A stretch of 64,000 nucleotides of DNA from Sphagnum compactum. Taxonomy: Eukaryota. Positions 41,220-53,600 of this stretch are shown piece after piece. Position numbers and translations under genes: made by a program. The notes beneath the pieces were generated by a model that ran no database searches, was not told where the DNA came from, and saw nothing but the letters and a program-made list of their open reading frames with translations. How positions within the stretch are numbered: position 1 is the first letter of the stretch; each line of letters begins with the position of its first letter. The stretch lies in the NCBI GenBank assembly GCA_965153455.1, contig OZ234493.1, positions 9,600,213 to 9,664,212 of the forward strand, written 5' to 3'.

Positions 41220-41593
41220 AGACCATCTCCACCGGGGGGCTCAGTATCTCACTCTGGATAATAAAATTAGATGTCTAAGTTTATCGTTTTTATTTTTGGC
41301 AACCCCACCAATAAAACTGTAACTGGAACTTGCATATACGTGGGGACTACTAATAGCAAACCACCTGGACCAATGAGAAATACTGAGCCGCAGTCAGGTC
41401 CAATTTATTACACTCCTTTTTGGAGGTGCACAACTGTGTTGCACCTTTTACCAGCCACAGCAGGCAAGCTGTACAAATTTGGTGCAGAAAAAAGAAAACC
41501 AATTTCCTGAGGTAAACCTGCACATTTTGACTTTCTCGCAATAAATTTTACTGTCTGGAGTCACATACTGTGCACCGGTGGAGATGATGCTCT
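41220..41593. mobile_element. Tourist/PIF-like MITE, copy 2
   Basis: TIRs agaccatctccaccgg / ccggtggagatgatgctct. The interior is homologous to 26852-27275. Confidence 0.7.
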
Positions 41594-42133
41594 TAGTTGA
41601 CAAATTGTGTGTATTGTAAAAGCCCAATTCCAGTAAAGCTTGCTGCCCAGGGCTTACAATCTTTCTTTGTGTAAGGTAAAGCTCCCACGGCTTTGCCGGA
41701 AATAAGGGGCCGTTTGAGGGCCCATGCAATGTGGGCCCGAAATTCTTTTCCCATGATACCCGCCATGTACCTGCTGGATATCACGATGGAAAAAAAATGA
41801 GTTTGGGCAGCCACATCAGGGTGCGGGCAGTATGTTTTTCGAAGTGCCCCCCCCCCCCCCCCCTTTGTGGAGGAAAGATTATGTACAGTAAGTGGCCTTC
41901 AATTACGCAAAAAAAATTCTGGGGCAGGTCGTTACATGGCAAAAAAAAAATTTGCTGGTGTTGGGCAGGGTTTCTTCTTCAATTTTTTTGATAGTGAATA
42001 TTTGGCAAATTTTTCCCCAAAAAATAGCGAATTTAGTGGAATTTTACTCTTTTAGAAAAAATATCTTTCTAAGACTTTCGAGCTTTTTCTGTGAAAAAAA
42101 TGACAAAATTTTGTCTCCAAAAATCACTGGTAC

Positions 42134-42437
42134 TGGGCGGTTATTTCATTTTTCAAAATAACCTCCAGATAGCCGGTCCGGTGTTTTTGAGAAATTTTCA
42201 GAATCAAAAGGGCAGGCGGGCAAAGAACCGGCAGTTTTGCAGAAGCTTATTTTACTTGTTCTTTTAAAAAAAATTTGAAAAATGCGGTTATGTATGTGAA
42301 TCTGTTCTCTGATTCTCTGGGGAACCATGGGTATATATATATATATATCTTCGATTTATTGAGAACTACAGTTGAAAATCTTATGAACCGCATGATAACC
42401 GCCGGATATTTGGTGCCCATTTCTAATAACCGCCCAA
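42134..42437. mobile_element. MITE-like element with TIR TGGGCGGTTATT...AATAACCGCCCA
   Basis: 12-bp perfect inverted termini and internal AACCG subrepeats. Confidence 0.6.
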
Positions 42438-42444
42438 CTACGGA

Positions 42445-42825
42445 TCCATTGTCGTCATCTTTCTTCCAGAAACGAAAAGAAAGGAAAGTTTTGGCAGCAG
42501 GTTTTATCATTATTAGGCTACCGTCATCTTTCTTCCAGTAAAGAAATTTTTTAAAAGTTTGGCCTGGTGCTTTTAATGTGTTTATTGTCATCTTTCCTTC
42601 TAGAAAAGGAAAGGACATTTGGCAGGATTTACTTAATGTCATCTTTTCTTTCCAGAAAAAAAGAAGAAGAAAGAAAGAAAAAGAAAGTTGGGCACAAGGT
42701 GTTGTTGTTGTTTATCCTTCTAGAGAAGGTAAAAGAAAATTTGGTAGGTTTGCATCCATCTTTCTTCCAAAAAGAAGAACAATAAGAAAGTCTGGCCAAG
42801 AGTTGTTACCTCATCTTTTGTGACT
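42445..42825. repeat. Degenerate tandem repeat (~55-75-bp units, core GTCATCTTTCTTCCAGAAA...TTTGGC)
   Basis: About six diverged units are visible by eye. Confidence 0.55.
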
Positions 42826-44864
42826 TGTCCATTAAAAAGAAAAAGAAACAATAAAGGCCAAAAGTGAACCAGCACTCACCAGTGTACCATCCACTGGATG
42901 GATGCCAGTTATATTACTCAGTTTGTGGATGAACTTCAACAGAGTTAATATTTGGTTTCACCTTGGTAACCAATTTTTGTCGGAAATAGGTCTCATGTAT
43001 AGGTAGGTAGGTAGGTAGGTAGGTAGGAAAATAGGCAACTACTAGGTAAGTAAGATGGTTTATACATATGTAAAGGGCTGTTTTTACTACCTACCTACTA
43101 ACAACCTACTTGTGGGTTGTTTAGTAGGTAGGTGGGTAGGTAGGAAAAAAAACCCTAAACCCTTGAGGCTTGAAGAAGTACCTTCACCATGTCAAAAGTC
43201 TAGGGTAAACCCCCCAAGGCCTTGGCATTTTCACAAATAAGGTGCCTAAAACATGTGAAGGGGAGAGAGTTCTTACACGTAGCTCTTAAGAGTGAGAGCT
43301 AGCTATATTATCTTACACCTATATAAGTAGGAGTAAGACCCCTCACACTCTTTAGGATCGCTCGTGAGGAGTAGGTGTAGGAACCCTATTTTTCAGAAAT
43401 GTTGAAATTTTCAAATATATATATATATATTTGTTCCAATTCAAGAAGATAGTGTGAAGGAAAATAATGAATAATTAAGAATATTCCATTTGTTGAAATG
43501 AAAATTTCAAAATTAATTAATTAATTAATTATTCGATGGACATGTGTTGAAATGGCCAAGGTAACTATGGTATGTAAATAATGCCCATATTAGATAATAT
43601 AGTGTGGACATTTTGCACAATGACCAAAATTACAAAAAGACCAAAAGATTGCCATAATGGTGATAGCATTAGCCGGTATAACAATAATTATGGAAAGACA
43701 ATAATTATGGCAATATTCTTTTATGGAAAATTTTAATGATGCGAATCAAATTTGATGTGCAATTGGTTTCAAATGAGTTGAAAGCTCGAAATGTTAACTA
43801 TAAATTCACTTTCAAGCAAACAAAAATGCACATGGAAAATTCACTCCTTAGAAAACACAAGTATGATTCCAAGGCTTTTTAGTGCTTTTGTTTATTTTCA
43901 TTGGACATGTATGTTACCTCTACCACTCCCATTTTATTCACACACCCCAAAGTATGTGACTCAAGCCAATTTTTGCAAGAAACTCTCATTCACATTTTCC
44001 TTTAGTGCAAAGTCCTTGGTGTTCCTTTTTGCTTTTACTATTGATCAAAATTGGTGGTCACCTATTATTGTTGAGTTACTTTCACCTTCACAATTTTTCG
44101 ATTTTCTTTTTGCACATTTCAAATTAGATTAGGACGAATTTGTTACAATGGGCGCATTCAATTTTGACATACGATGTTGTGGAAAATTGTGATGTAGGAT
44201 GTGATGGGAATTCACCATGGCAATACGACATGTGTAACTATTGATGTAAGGTAAAACCTTATTATGATGTGATGGAAATTGGAATGCACAATTTTGAAGT
44301 GTTTTCACATAGTAGTGTTCTATTTTGAATGCATTGCATTCATCAATGAAGAAATCCTTAAGCCCATGGCATGTTTGTGTCTACCATCATGTTAGCATCA
44401 TGTCGAACACTTGATGTGGCAACTAAATTATTCCGGTGAAATCTTAAATCTTATTGTAATATGTATATAAAAGAACAATATCACTCCTTGCATTTGTGGG
44501 ACATTTGTGTGAAGTTAGATCGAATTTCAAAGCCCAATGATACCTCCATGGCCATGAATTCCAAGATTTGATCATTATACTTAAGAGAACATGTGAAATT
44601 GGAAGCAACCACATCACTAATGTTTAAAAGTTGTAATTAAATGTGGATTTTGAGAGCTAAAAACATGCACCCACCAAAATCCAACATTTCTAACTAGAAC
44701 AACTAATCGGAGCATTGTTGTACCCTTGAGGCTTGTGCTCTTTGATTTTTAGTTGTTGTAATTGAAGCCCGGAGATTCAACCATATGAAACATAAGCAAA
44801 TGCCATAAACTCGATATTAGGTTGTGCCCAAATCTCCAAAAGGGAAATTTGCATAAAGCACAAT

Positions 44865-47398
44865 TTACTTTTTGACTTGTGTTGGTTCTGGCACTCGTCT
44901 TGTAAGAAAGTCTCTGAGTGCTTGAGCAGCAACTACATCTGCAAAAAAAACAAAGAAACAAATGTTCTTGAAAATTGGTTTCAAACATTAACACAGTTTT
45001 CCCCTTAACAAATTTGATTTACAACCCAAAACCTAAAAAATTGGAAATTTCTTCTCATGGCAAGAATTGTGGAGGATGATACAATATTGCACTTGATGTC
45101 GTATTTTGTAAATCAAGCCATTTTTCAATGAAGTTGGAAGGGTTTTTGCTCCATTCATTTTGTTAATGATTTTTGAAAGAGTCTATTTGTGAGAGAGGTA
45201 ACACCTAATTTGGGAACAACACGTCCCCCCGGATGCCTTACAACAATTGCTCCATTGAATTTTTTCGCAAGTAACTCTGCTTTCTTGCATGTTCCATCTT
45301 GCTCACCTGCAAGATTCACCCTTCTCAACTAAACTTGTGTGGTTGTCATATACAAATGTATACCAATGTAGTAGGCATGGTTAATTCACCAATTGCATAA
45401 TTTGGATGACAAAAAGACCGAAGGTCCCATCCCAAATCATCGGGCTAAAAAAATTGGAGTGTTGAAAGATGACCTATGAAGTGTAATGAGGGACATGAAA
45501 TTGGATCAAAGTATGCAGGTTTTAATGGGATAGCTTTGCTTGTTGCACCACCCACCACCACAATCCTGCCAAATTTTGGTGCATCAACAAACTTCAATCC
45601 CTGCATTTGAGTTCATTATGTTGGACTACATTAGTGATAACCACGATTATCAAATAAAGCACTACAAAAATTACATAAGCATATTTGGAGAGCATTTTGT
45701 ATCCATGAATATCTCTCCTCTTTTTCTAGGAGGGTCCATACATGTACTCTTTAAGAGTGGGAGGGATCTTATGCCTATAAAATAGGCATAAGATCCCTCC
45801 CTCTCTTAAGGAGTTAATGTAACAACCCTCCCCATCTTACACCTTGTGATCGAGGTATGTTTAAGTTCATGATAATGTTCACCTTGTGCTTTACAATGGA
45901 TAGTGCCCATAGGTGGGGGACATTCCCAAAATGTAAAGGGTTGGACTTAACCATCACCTCTACCTAGCTTTTTGGGAATGCACCCACCATGGGGCTTTAC
46001 CTTACACATAATTGCAATTGTCTCATTGATATTTTCAAATTGTTTAATGAATTTCAAGAGCTTAGACTAAAAGACCTTGTGTAAGGACTAATACCTTTTC
46101 TTGAAGTCCAATGAGGGCACAAGCAAGAACAGCTCCCTATACACAACCAACACAAAACAAATTACCACCTTGGCTTTTGTATGATATTAACAAACATGAT
46201 CCAAAAGCAAGATCATAACCACCAACTCTACCCAAGTCATATTATATATATATATAAATAATTGCTAACTAAACATTATACAAATTATACCTGAGAGAAT
46301 GCAAGCAACCCATCAAAGGGACCATTCTCATTGATGGTTTTGTTGAGGTGAACCATTGATTCATCCAATCCATAAACTTCCGAAAAGTCCTATTGACATT
46401 TGGGGTTAAACATAGGATTCCTACATTGTACTATGACAACAGATCAATGCATGTTTAATGACATGTAATAGACAAAGAATAGAGAGTCATCATGCCTTCA
46501 TGAAAATATGTAGAATCAAAGTATATCATGTATTTCCCACATGTATATTTCCTTGTTAGAAGACAATATGTTTGCATTTCTTTCGTGCATTCAAAATGTT
46601 TTGAGTTTAAGTTCTTGTGAATAATTGACAATTGACAAAAAAGAAATTTGTGCAACCTTGTTTGCTTGATACCACTCATAATAAGGAAGGTTATATGAAT
46701 CTTTCACATCTGACGGTCCTGTGGCTGGCCACCAAGCATTCATGAAAGTCTATATGCCCACAACACACCAAATGCATCCACCCACAATAACATAAGTGTG
46801 ACCAATGGTGAATTGAAATTGTTTTTTCTATGTATACAAGTGGGGAAGATAAAGGAATAATTGTAATGGGTACACAATGCAATCTTCATTCATAACATCA
46901 AATCTTAAATTGATGGTGAACTTTCATATCAAAAGCCTTGCATTCCTACTATCTATTTGCTGAATCTTAGGAAACAAAGCATGAAGTTAGTTCAATCCTT
47001 TTGTTGCCAATACATTTAGGTGGCATTTAACACTATATCACCTTCATATTCTCCTCAATTTCAGATAGCATTCACTGAACATCCATCATGCTTTTTCAAG
47101 ACACAAAAGCAATTTTGAATTTTGCAATATACAATGTTCCAATCCCAATGACTCCAATTGCTTTCAATACAAATTATTGTGAAGATATTGTACATACCAA
47201 GTCAACGATATCATCAATAACTTCATTCCATTTGGCCTTGGCAAGCTGTTCTTTCATAATGGCACCACTTGTGCGATAACCATGTAAACAAAGTAGGCGT
47301 AATTTTTGTGGTGGTGGTAATGGCTTTGAGTTTGGCAATGGTGGTGGTGGTGGTGGCGGTGTTGGCTTTGGGTTTGACACTGGCTTTGAATTTGACAT
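44865..47398 (-). CDS. FSH1/OVCA2-family serine hydrolase (esterase)-like protein, 7 exons, ~245 aa; catalytic His position is Arg
   Basis: Exons 47398-47198, 46749-46657, 46389-46291, 46136-46095, 45600-45474, 45306-45205, 44938-44865. All introns are GT-AG and the frame is open (738 nt). Motifs: KLRLLCLHGYRTSG, PYYEWYQ, NGPFDGLLAFSQGA, CPSLHFIGEQD, VRHPGGRVVPKL. Confidence 0.9.
45731..45830. repeat. Foldback palindromic element in FSH1 intron 4
   Basis: ttaagagtgggagggatcttatgcctat-aaa-ataggcataagatccctccctctcttaa is a near-perfect hairpin. Related copies at ~43265-43385 and a half copy at ~25200-25250. Confidence 0.75.
45893..46006. repeat. MITE-like dispersed element, copy 2 (same family as 10972-11093)
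   Basis: gcccataggtgggggacattcccaaaatgt...tttgggaatgcacccaccatggggctttaccttacac. Confidence 0.6.
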
Positions 47399-49119
47399 TG
47401 TGTTCAATAATACTTTTGATGTCAATTGCCTATTAACATGTATAAAAAGTGATAGTATAGTTCAAGTCCAATTGTCAGGTGTTTCCAATTGCTTCTGATT
47501 CATTCGGCCATTCTAACTTGATTCTACCCTTTCAAATGCCATTGACCACAAGTCTATCACGAGCACCCAATTTCCAATCACCTTATGATTGATCATCATC
47601 ATCTATAGACTTGCAAAGTTTCAAGACATGCACTCTTCAGAGAAGTTGTGCCTTGGAGTTGCAATTTTGGACCATTTTTTGTCACTCTTTGAACCCTTGA
47701 AATATTCATACCTCCAAATCATTGAGAACCATCTAAAATGCACACCTATGTAATCAGCATGTAGTGGAGAAGACAACAAACAAGTGATTTGATGAACCTT
47801 GTCACCGACATGGGTTTCTTCTTGGAAAATGATGTCATGACCCAAGAGAATTATCCTTCTAGTGGACTTCTAACAACATTCTCAAAGGAAGTACACACAT
47901 TCATAAAAATATCACTTGTTTCTTAAAAATACACTTTCTTTATTGTCATGTAGAGAGTTTATGAAGATGGTAATATGGTTTTGCACTCAAGTGTGTGTAT
48001 ACACTGTACACCTGCAAAAGAGAGGTAGTTGTAAACTAATCCTACAGTTAAGGTGGTCTCTATACAAAGCCATCCATAAACAGGGGCTTCTGTCCACCAT
48101 GAGTGTAAAGCTGTGTCTATCAGGTGGTATCAATAAGTGCGGAAATTACATACTCAAATTCAAGTTCACCAATTAAGTCATTGTACACTAACCCTTGAAA
48201 AACTCAAAAAAAAGGTAATTAGGGTTATCATTGCTTGCAATCAATTAGATTGAATACAAATTTCAAATTTGTGTGTAGCATGATTGATCATTGATTAGCA
48301 TGGTAAGCTTGAAGGCTTGCAAACCCAAGCTCATGTTTCCATTTTCATAACAAATGTCAATAAATCCATTTGTCTTACAAATGTTGGGTATCAACATCCT
48401 ACCAAGTTACTTTTCCATCTAAAATATTTGAGCATGTTATTCAATTTGAGATTATGAAAATCTTTGATTATATTTAATAACATGTGATAATATCAACATG
48501 GAATGTTCACATCATTGTTTGTGAAGATACTATGAATTGTTGTGATTGGCACCTTAGAGTACAAGCCAAAAAGTAGGCCAGAGCTCAGAAGAGGATTATA
48601 AATTTGTGGCAACTTGCGTGATCCTAATGAAAATTGCGTGAACATTGAAAAGCTCCTCACTTACAAGACTCTGTACAAGATCATTTGGAAAACTCCAACT
48701 GCTTCACTTCCCAAAAGAAATTCCATTTAGAGGGTAGCCTTTTCCTTCAGTGAGACAATAAAACTGACCATCCGGGAAACAAAGAAGTGTTTATGATTTT
48801 AGGGATCTAAGGTTTAAGGTTTAGGGTTTTTCACACCCAAAACACATTGCAGTCATCATCAAATAAGTTGCTGACAAATTCAAATGTATGTGTACACCTA
48901 TGACATGGCTCCAAACCCTCCATAGAACTCATCATCCAAATTGACCTTTGTCTATATAACCTCTTCCAATCATGGAACATGAATCGCATCAAAAGTGTCA
49001 CCTGCCTGCAACGAGGGCTTAAAACACACTACATTTACCAACACCCTGATATTACCACCAATGGATATGACACCCATTGCTGTAGAAAGATGACAAAATT
49101 TGCAATCAAAAGATCGATG

Positions 49120-49545
49120 AAGTTGCAGAGAAATCTCCACAACAACAATTAAAGGTAACACGACAATGAGTGCAGTCATAACCTCATGAGAGTCGCTCAC
49201 AAAGTGACAGACCATCACCTTCATCACGAACGGCAGTGACGAGCTGCCATGACTACCCACTGAGTTCATCAGCTCCCAACAGTGGGTGTAGATAAGCATA
49301 TAATAATCTTCCCAAAAAACTTGGGCAAACCATTATACACTATCTGCGTCCTGAGTTTCTGTTGCCTTTCCGGAAGCAATGGGAAGACTCAGACGTGATG
49401 TTGGCTAGCACTCAAGAGACATTGCTAATCAAAAAAGTCAACAGTATCCTCATTCAAGCTGCAACAAGCTTCTGAAGGAAAGAGCTTTTATTTCATTTTA
49501 GCATGTCCCTGTATATGCAAGCATCTATGCCTAAAGGACATAGAA
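49120..49545. repeat. Non-coding segment duplicated at ~37410-37810 (copy B)
   Basis: Same ordered homology blocks as copy A, plus a ~70-bp insertion at ~49185-49250. Confidence 0.8.
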
Positions 49546-50616
49546 GCCTATATAAGGAAATTTGCAATCAAAAACACATTCTAAAACTCCTAGTTGTGGT
49601 TATAACTCAGGTTCACAAGACCACTGATGCAATACAGCAAGATCCATGAAACCACAGAAAAGGAGTATAGTAGATGAGGAGTCACAAAGGTTGGCTTGCA
49701 AGTTTGCTCTGTTCCTACAAACTCTCACATTTGGACTGACCCAATTGCAACAAGCACTTACAGCAGACTTTTAACCCATGTTGTGAGCATGCGCAACACT
49801 TGTTTGTCTTCACTGGTGCTTTTTTAGTGTAACATTCTACACCACCACACCTGAGACTGCTCAGGTACCCAATTAGCAAACCTATAGTACAAACAAAAAA
49901 ATCTATTGAAGACTGACAGAAGCTTAACACCCAATCTCAATGATCTAGGCAACAATTTGAAGAGCTATCAAAATCTATATTGTGGCTCTCTGCTAGTTAA
50001 GTGGAAAAATTGGATGCATGTGCTTTTACAGAAAATGGAAGTAGTTGCCCTCTTGAATTTGCTTGCAGCTTTGACAGTGTACAAATGAAAAGGAGTAGTC
50101 ATACAGCAGCAGCAGCCACCACCTACGACCATTGAGTTGAGCTTCACCACCAGATGAGATAGATAACTACTGGGTCGCTTTTACACCTCTTTGCAAGGTC
50201 ACCAATAGCTCTCAAGAATTCAATGCAAATGCCTGTTTCCAATGAAACAACAACATGGTCTCGATCAGCCCTTTTGAATCAACCTCCCAAAACCCATCTT
50301 GCACTAGATGGCTCACACTGGCTGCATTGTCTTTTGGTCAGAACTCGTGGCAAGTTCAAGATCTGTGGCTTTTGATCAAACTACCATCATGTCCACGTAT
50401 ATAGTGTTTTTCAGTGAGCCAGACTAAAAACAACTGCTTACAATCAGTTCACTTGATTTATAACTTAGATCATTGATAGCATTTCTCATGCTGGGAATAA
50501 GAAGTATGATGTGCATGATGAGAAATGTGGGAGCTTGAAAAAACCCAACAAAAAGTTTCTGACTATTTTTCTGATTTCTGTAGCTAGGTATTCATTAAAC
50601 ATAAAAGGATACATAC

Positions 50617-53600
50617 CCGGATTTTACCATCTTCAGAGCCACTGTAGAGAGTTTCACCCACCAAACTGAGGGCTGTAACTTTGCTGCCAACATTGAGAGT
50701 TGCTACTTTTGTCAACCGTGCACGTAGCCACACCTATGACAAGAGGAAAATTGCCCATGTGTCAATTCAAAAGAATCGAAGGGAGGAGGTGTGACAAGTA
50801 GATTGTCAATGATGCAGCAGCAGTTCATCACATGCAAGAGGAAATAAAACTCTTATCAAATGTGTTATTATTGTGGGTAAACGATCCCAGGTCAATTCTG
50901 CAAAAGAGTTGACAAACCTCAATAGTTCCTCCAGGTAAGTTGGAAGCAAGGTAAAGGAAATCATCACTGACAGCCATGGCCCGCACATCCGATTGTGTGG
51001 GTACAGATGTCACCAGCACTCTAGTCAATCGTTGCCACACCTTCAACACAACATGCCACATCCTCGGGACTCAAAAAAGTATAGGGATCACTAGCAAAAA
51101 CACCCAAAAATCTTATTGAAATTTCTTTACGTAGAGCTGAAAGGTTCCAGTTCTAGCACAAAAACATGGAACTTGTACAAACCTCAAAGCTCTTGCACGA
51201 CCCAAAATGACTAGAGTGCATTTCCCTATAGAAGATAGATGCAAAAAAATTCCTGGAGAAAGTTATTACCTTGGTTCCCCCACCCTCCACAAATGCCCCA
51301 GCTGTAAAAAGCAAGTCCTGGTACACCTGCATTGCATATATAGGTTTCTTCCCTCGGAGCAGCCTCGTCCCTGCCTGTATTGACACAACTGCACCGGTTG
51401 TTGTGTCTATTTCCTGCAACAATGGAACCAACATGGGACATTCTTATACAGTTCCTTCCTTATTCAGCTCCTAAAAAACCCAACTAAGCACCTGTGGGGT
51501 TTAGGGTTTAGGAGATGGAAGGAGACCTGTATGCTATTGTCAGTGCAACCACAGTAAATGATGTCATCGATGATGAGCATGCTCTGCACATGCTTGTTTC
51601 CATTGAGGAGCTTGCTTGAACCTGTCTCATCCAGCAGCTGTCATCTCCCACAGTTTCCACCTATTGTCAGTCACATGCTCCTCATTGTCACATCCTCACT
51701 GTTCTCTTGCTACTACCAACCCTAAACTCTGAACACAGGCAAGATCACTATATTCTTAGAACAGACTGACCAGATGGGTAGGGCTTTCTACAGTCAGTCC
51801 ACTAAGCAACTTCTTGTCTTTTTTTCTTCATGGTATAGGGCGAGTGAAGCGAGCCTCCATCAAAATCAGACCTTAATCCCAGCACCCTGGGGAAGAATAG
51901 CAGTGAACTGACTGTTGACCACAAGTGATACAACCGGCTCCTTCACATCCACCATGCGTAAGCATTTCATGCCTTCATCTTCTAACGCCCAGACCTATTC
52001 ACCAGAATGGATGATGTCAAGCTAATTAATACTCACACCACATTATATAAATACCCTTTGCAGAATAAGAACAGCAATGACTTAGAAAAACACAAGTGAA
52101 GCAGAAACTGAGCAAGGAGAAAGATCAGGTGTCAAGTCAAATACTCGAATAGTCTTGTCAGCAGAACCCGTATATAGTTGGTTGGCTGACTGCAGATAGG
52201 CCAAGCATAAGGTGGGCTTTAGGTGCGCCTTCACTTCCTTGAGCAGCTGTGGCTCTTGTCTTCTTGTGTCCCACACCTGTATATATATGTGTATAGATTC
52301 AGCAGAAAAAAACTGAATCTGACAAGGAGGCCAAGCTCCTGTTAGGCCAGCACAAAACCTAAACCCTAAACCCTGAGGTCAAACTTCTGTAATGAGCAGC
52401 CAGAAGAAGACCTTTCCATTTCCACCAGCAGAAACAAAATTCTAGATGCAGGAGAAAGGGTACCTTGATGGAACCATCCATGTGGGCACTGTAGAGAAAG
52501 CCTTTCACAAAAAGAAGTGCTCTTGTTTCACCACTTAAGCTAGCATCCATCAGATGTACCTCCCCATGTGCCCAGATATCCGAATTCTGCCCAAAAAAAT
52601 TCAAAACTATCAGCTGCTTCTCTAATCTCTCTCTCTTTCTCTTGTCTTTTGGAACAAGCTCAAACCAATTCAAACTGACCAACCATTCTGATGGAACAAC
52701 AACACACAGGGAAAAATGTCAAAGCATTAGTTACAGAGTGCATGCTAGGGCTGTTGACAAGGGTGTTGAGCATTGTTTTGGCAGTCCATGTCATGGATTT
52801 CAAGTACTGTAGAGGTCCAATCAAGTCCTTTGAGTACTCTCCCATCTGCTGCACACCCACTGCAAGGCACCCAGCCACAAGAATATATGTAAAGTCCAGC
52901 AAGGTTCAGAACCTGACATTGTGCAACATCACACAGTCCACAACATGTATACGATTCCATCAATGACTGGAATCACCTGAGTGACTGGACTCACCTGCAT
53001 CCGATAGGAAACTGTTCAATGCAAGTGATGCCAACACCTTTTCTTCCATTTCTTTTCCATTCTGCTGGACAAGCAGAACCATGGGTTGCAGGAAACAGTT
53101 ACGGGCAACAGCCTGCAAGCCTGTGTCAGGCAACTCGGCAAGCTGTGTTGCAAACCATGTTGCAGCAACAAGAGAGAATTTGGCCACCTGAGCATCCTGG
53201 CTACGCAATGCTAGCCCTATTGCTTCAAGCACTCGTCTCCCATTGGACCCAAGAATGGCATGTGATACACGGAGATCCCACTCAGCAGCCACCCTCTCTC
53301 CCTCATCCTGAATTTCAAACAGAAAGAATTCTGGACATTAGGTCCACCTCCACTTGAGTTGATGAGCAAACAGATTGAGAGGAAAATCAACCCTAAACCT
53401 GAAATCGTGGGAAAGGAAAAGGCTGGGACACATACTGGGTTCAGAACCATATCTTCAGACCAAGGACCCTGGTCATCCTTCATGGCTCTGTAGTACGACT
53501 CTGCCATGCCTGCGGTCTTGAGTAGCCAGGCCTCATCCAGTGACTTCCCTGAGTATGAGAATCGTCCCCCCAAAGTTGCAAACACCTTGGCAGCTTCAAG

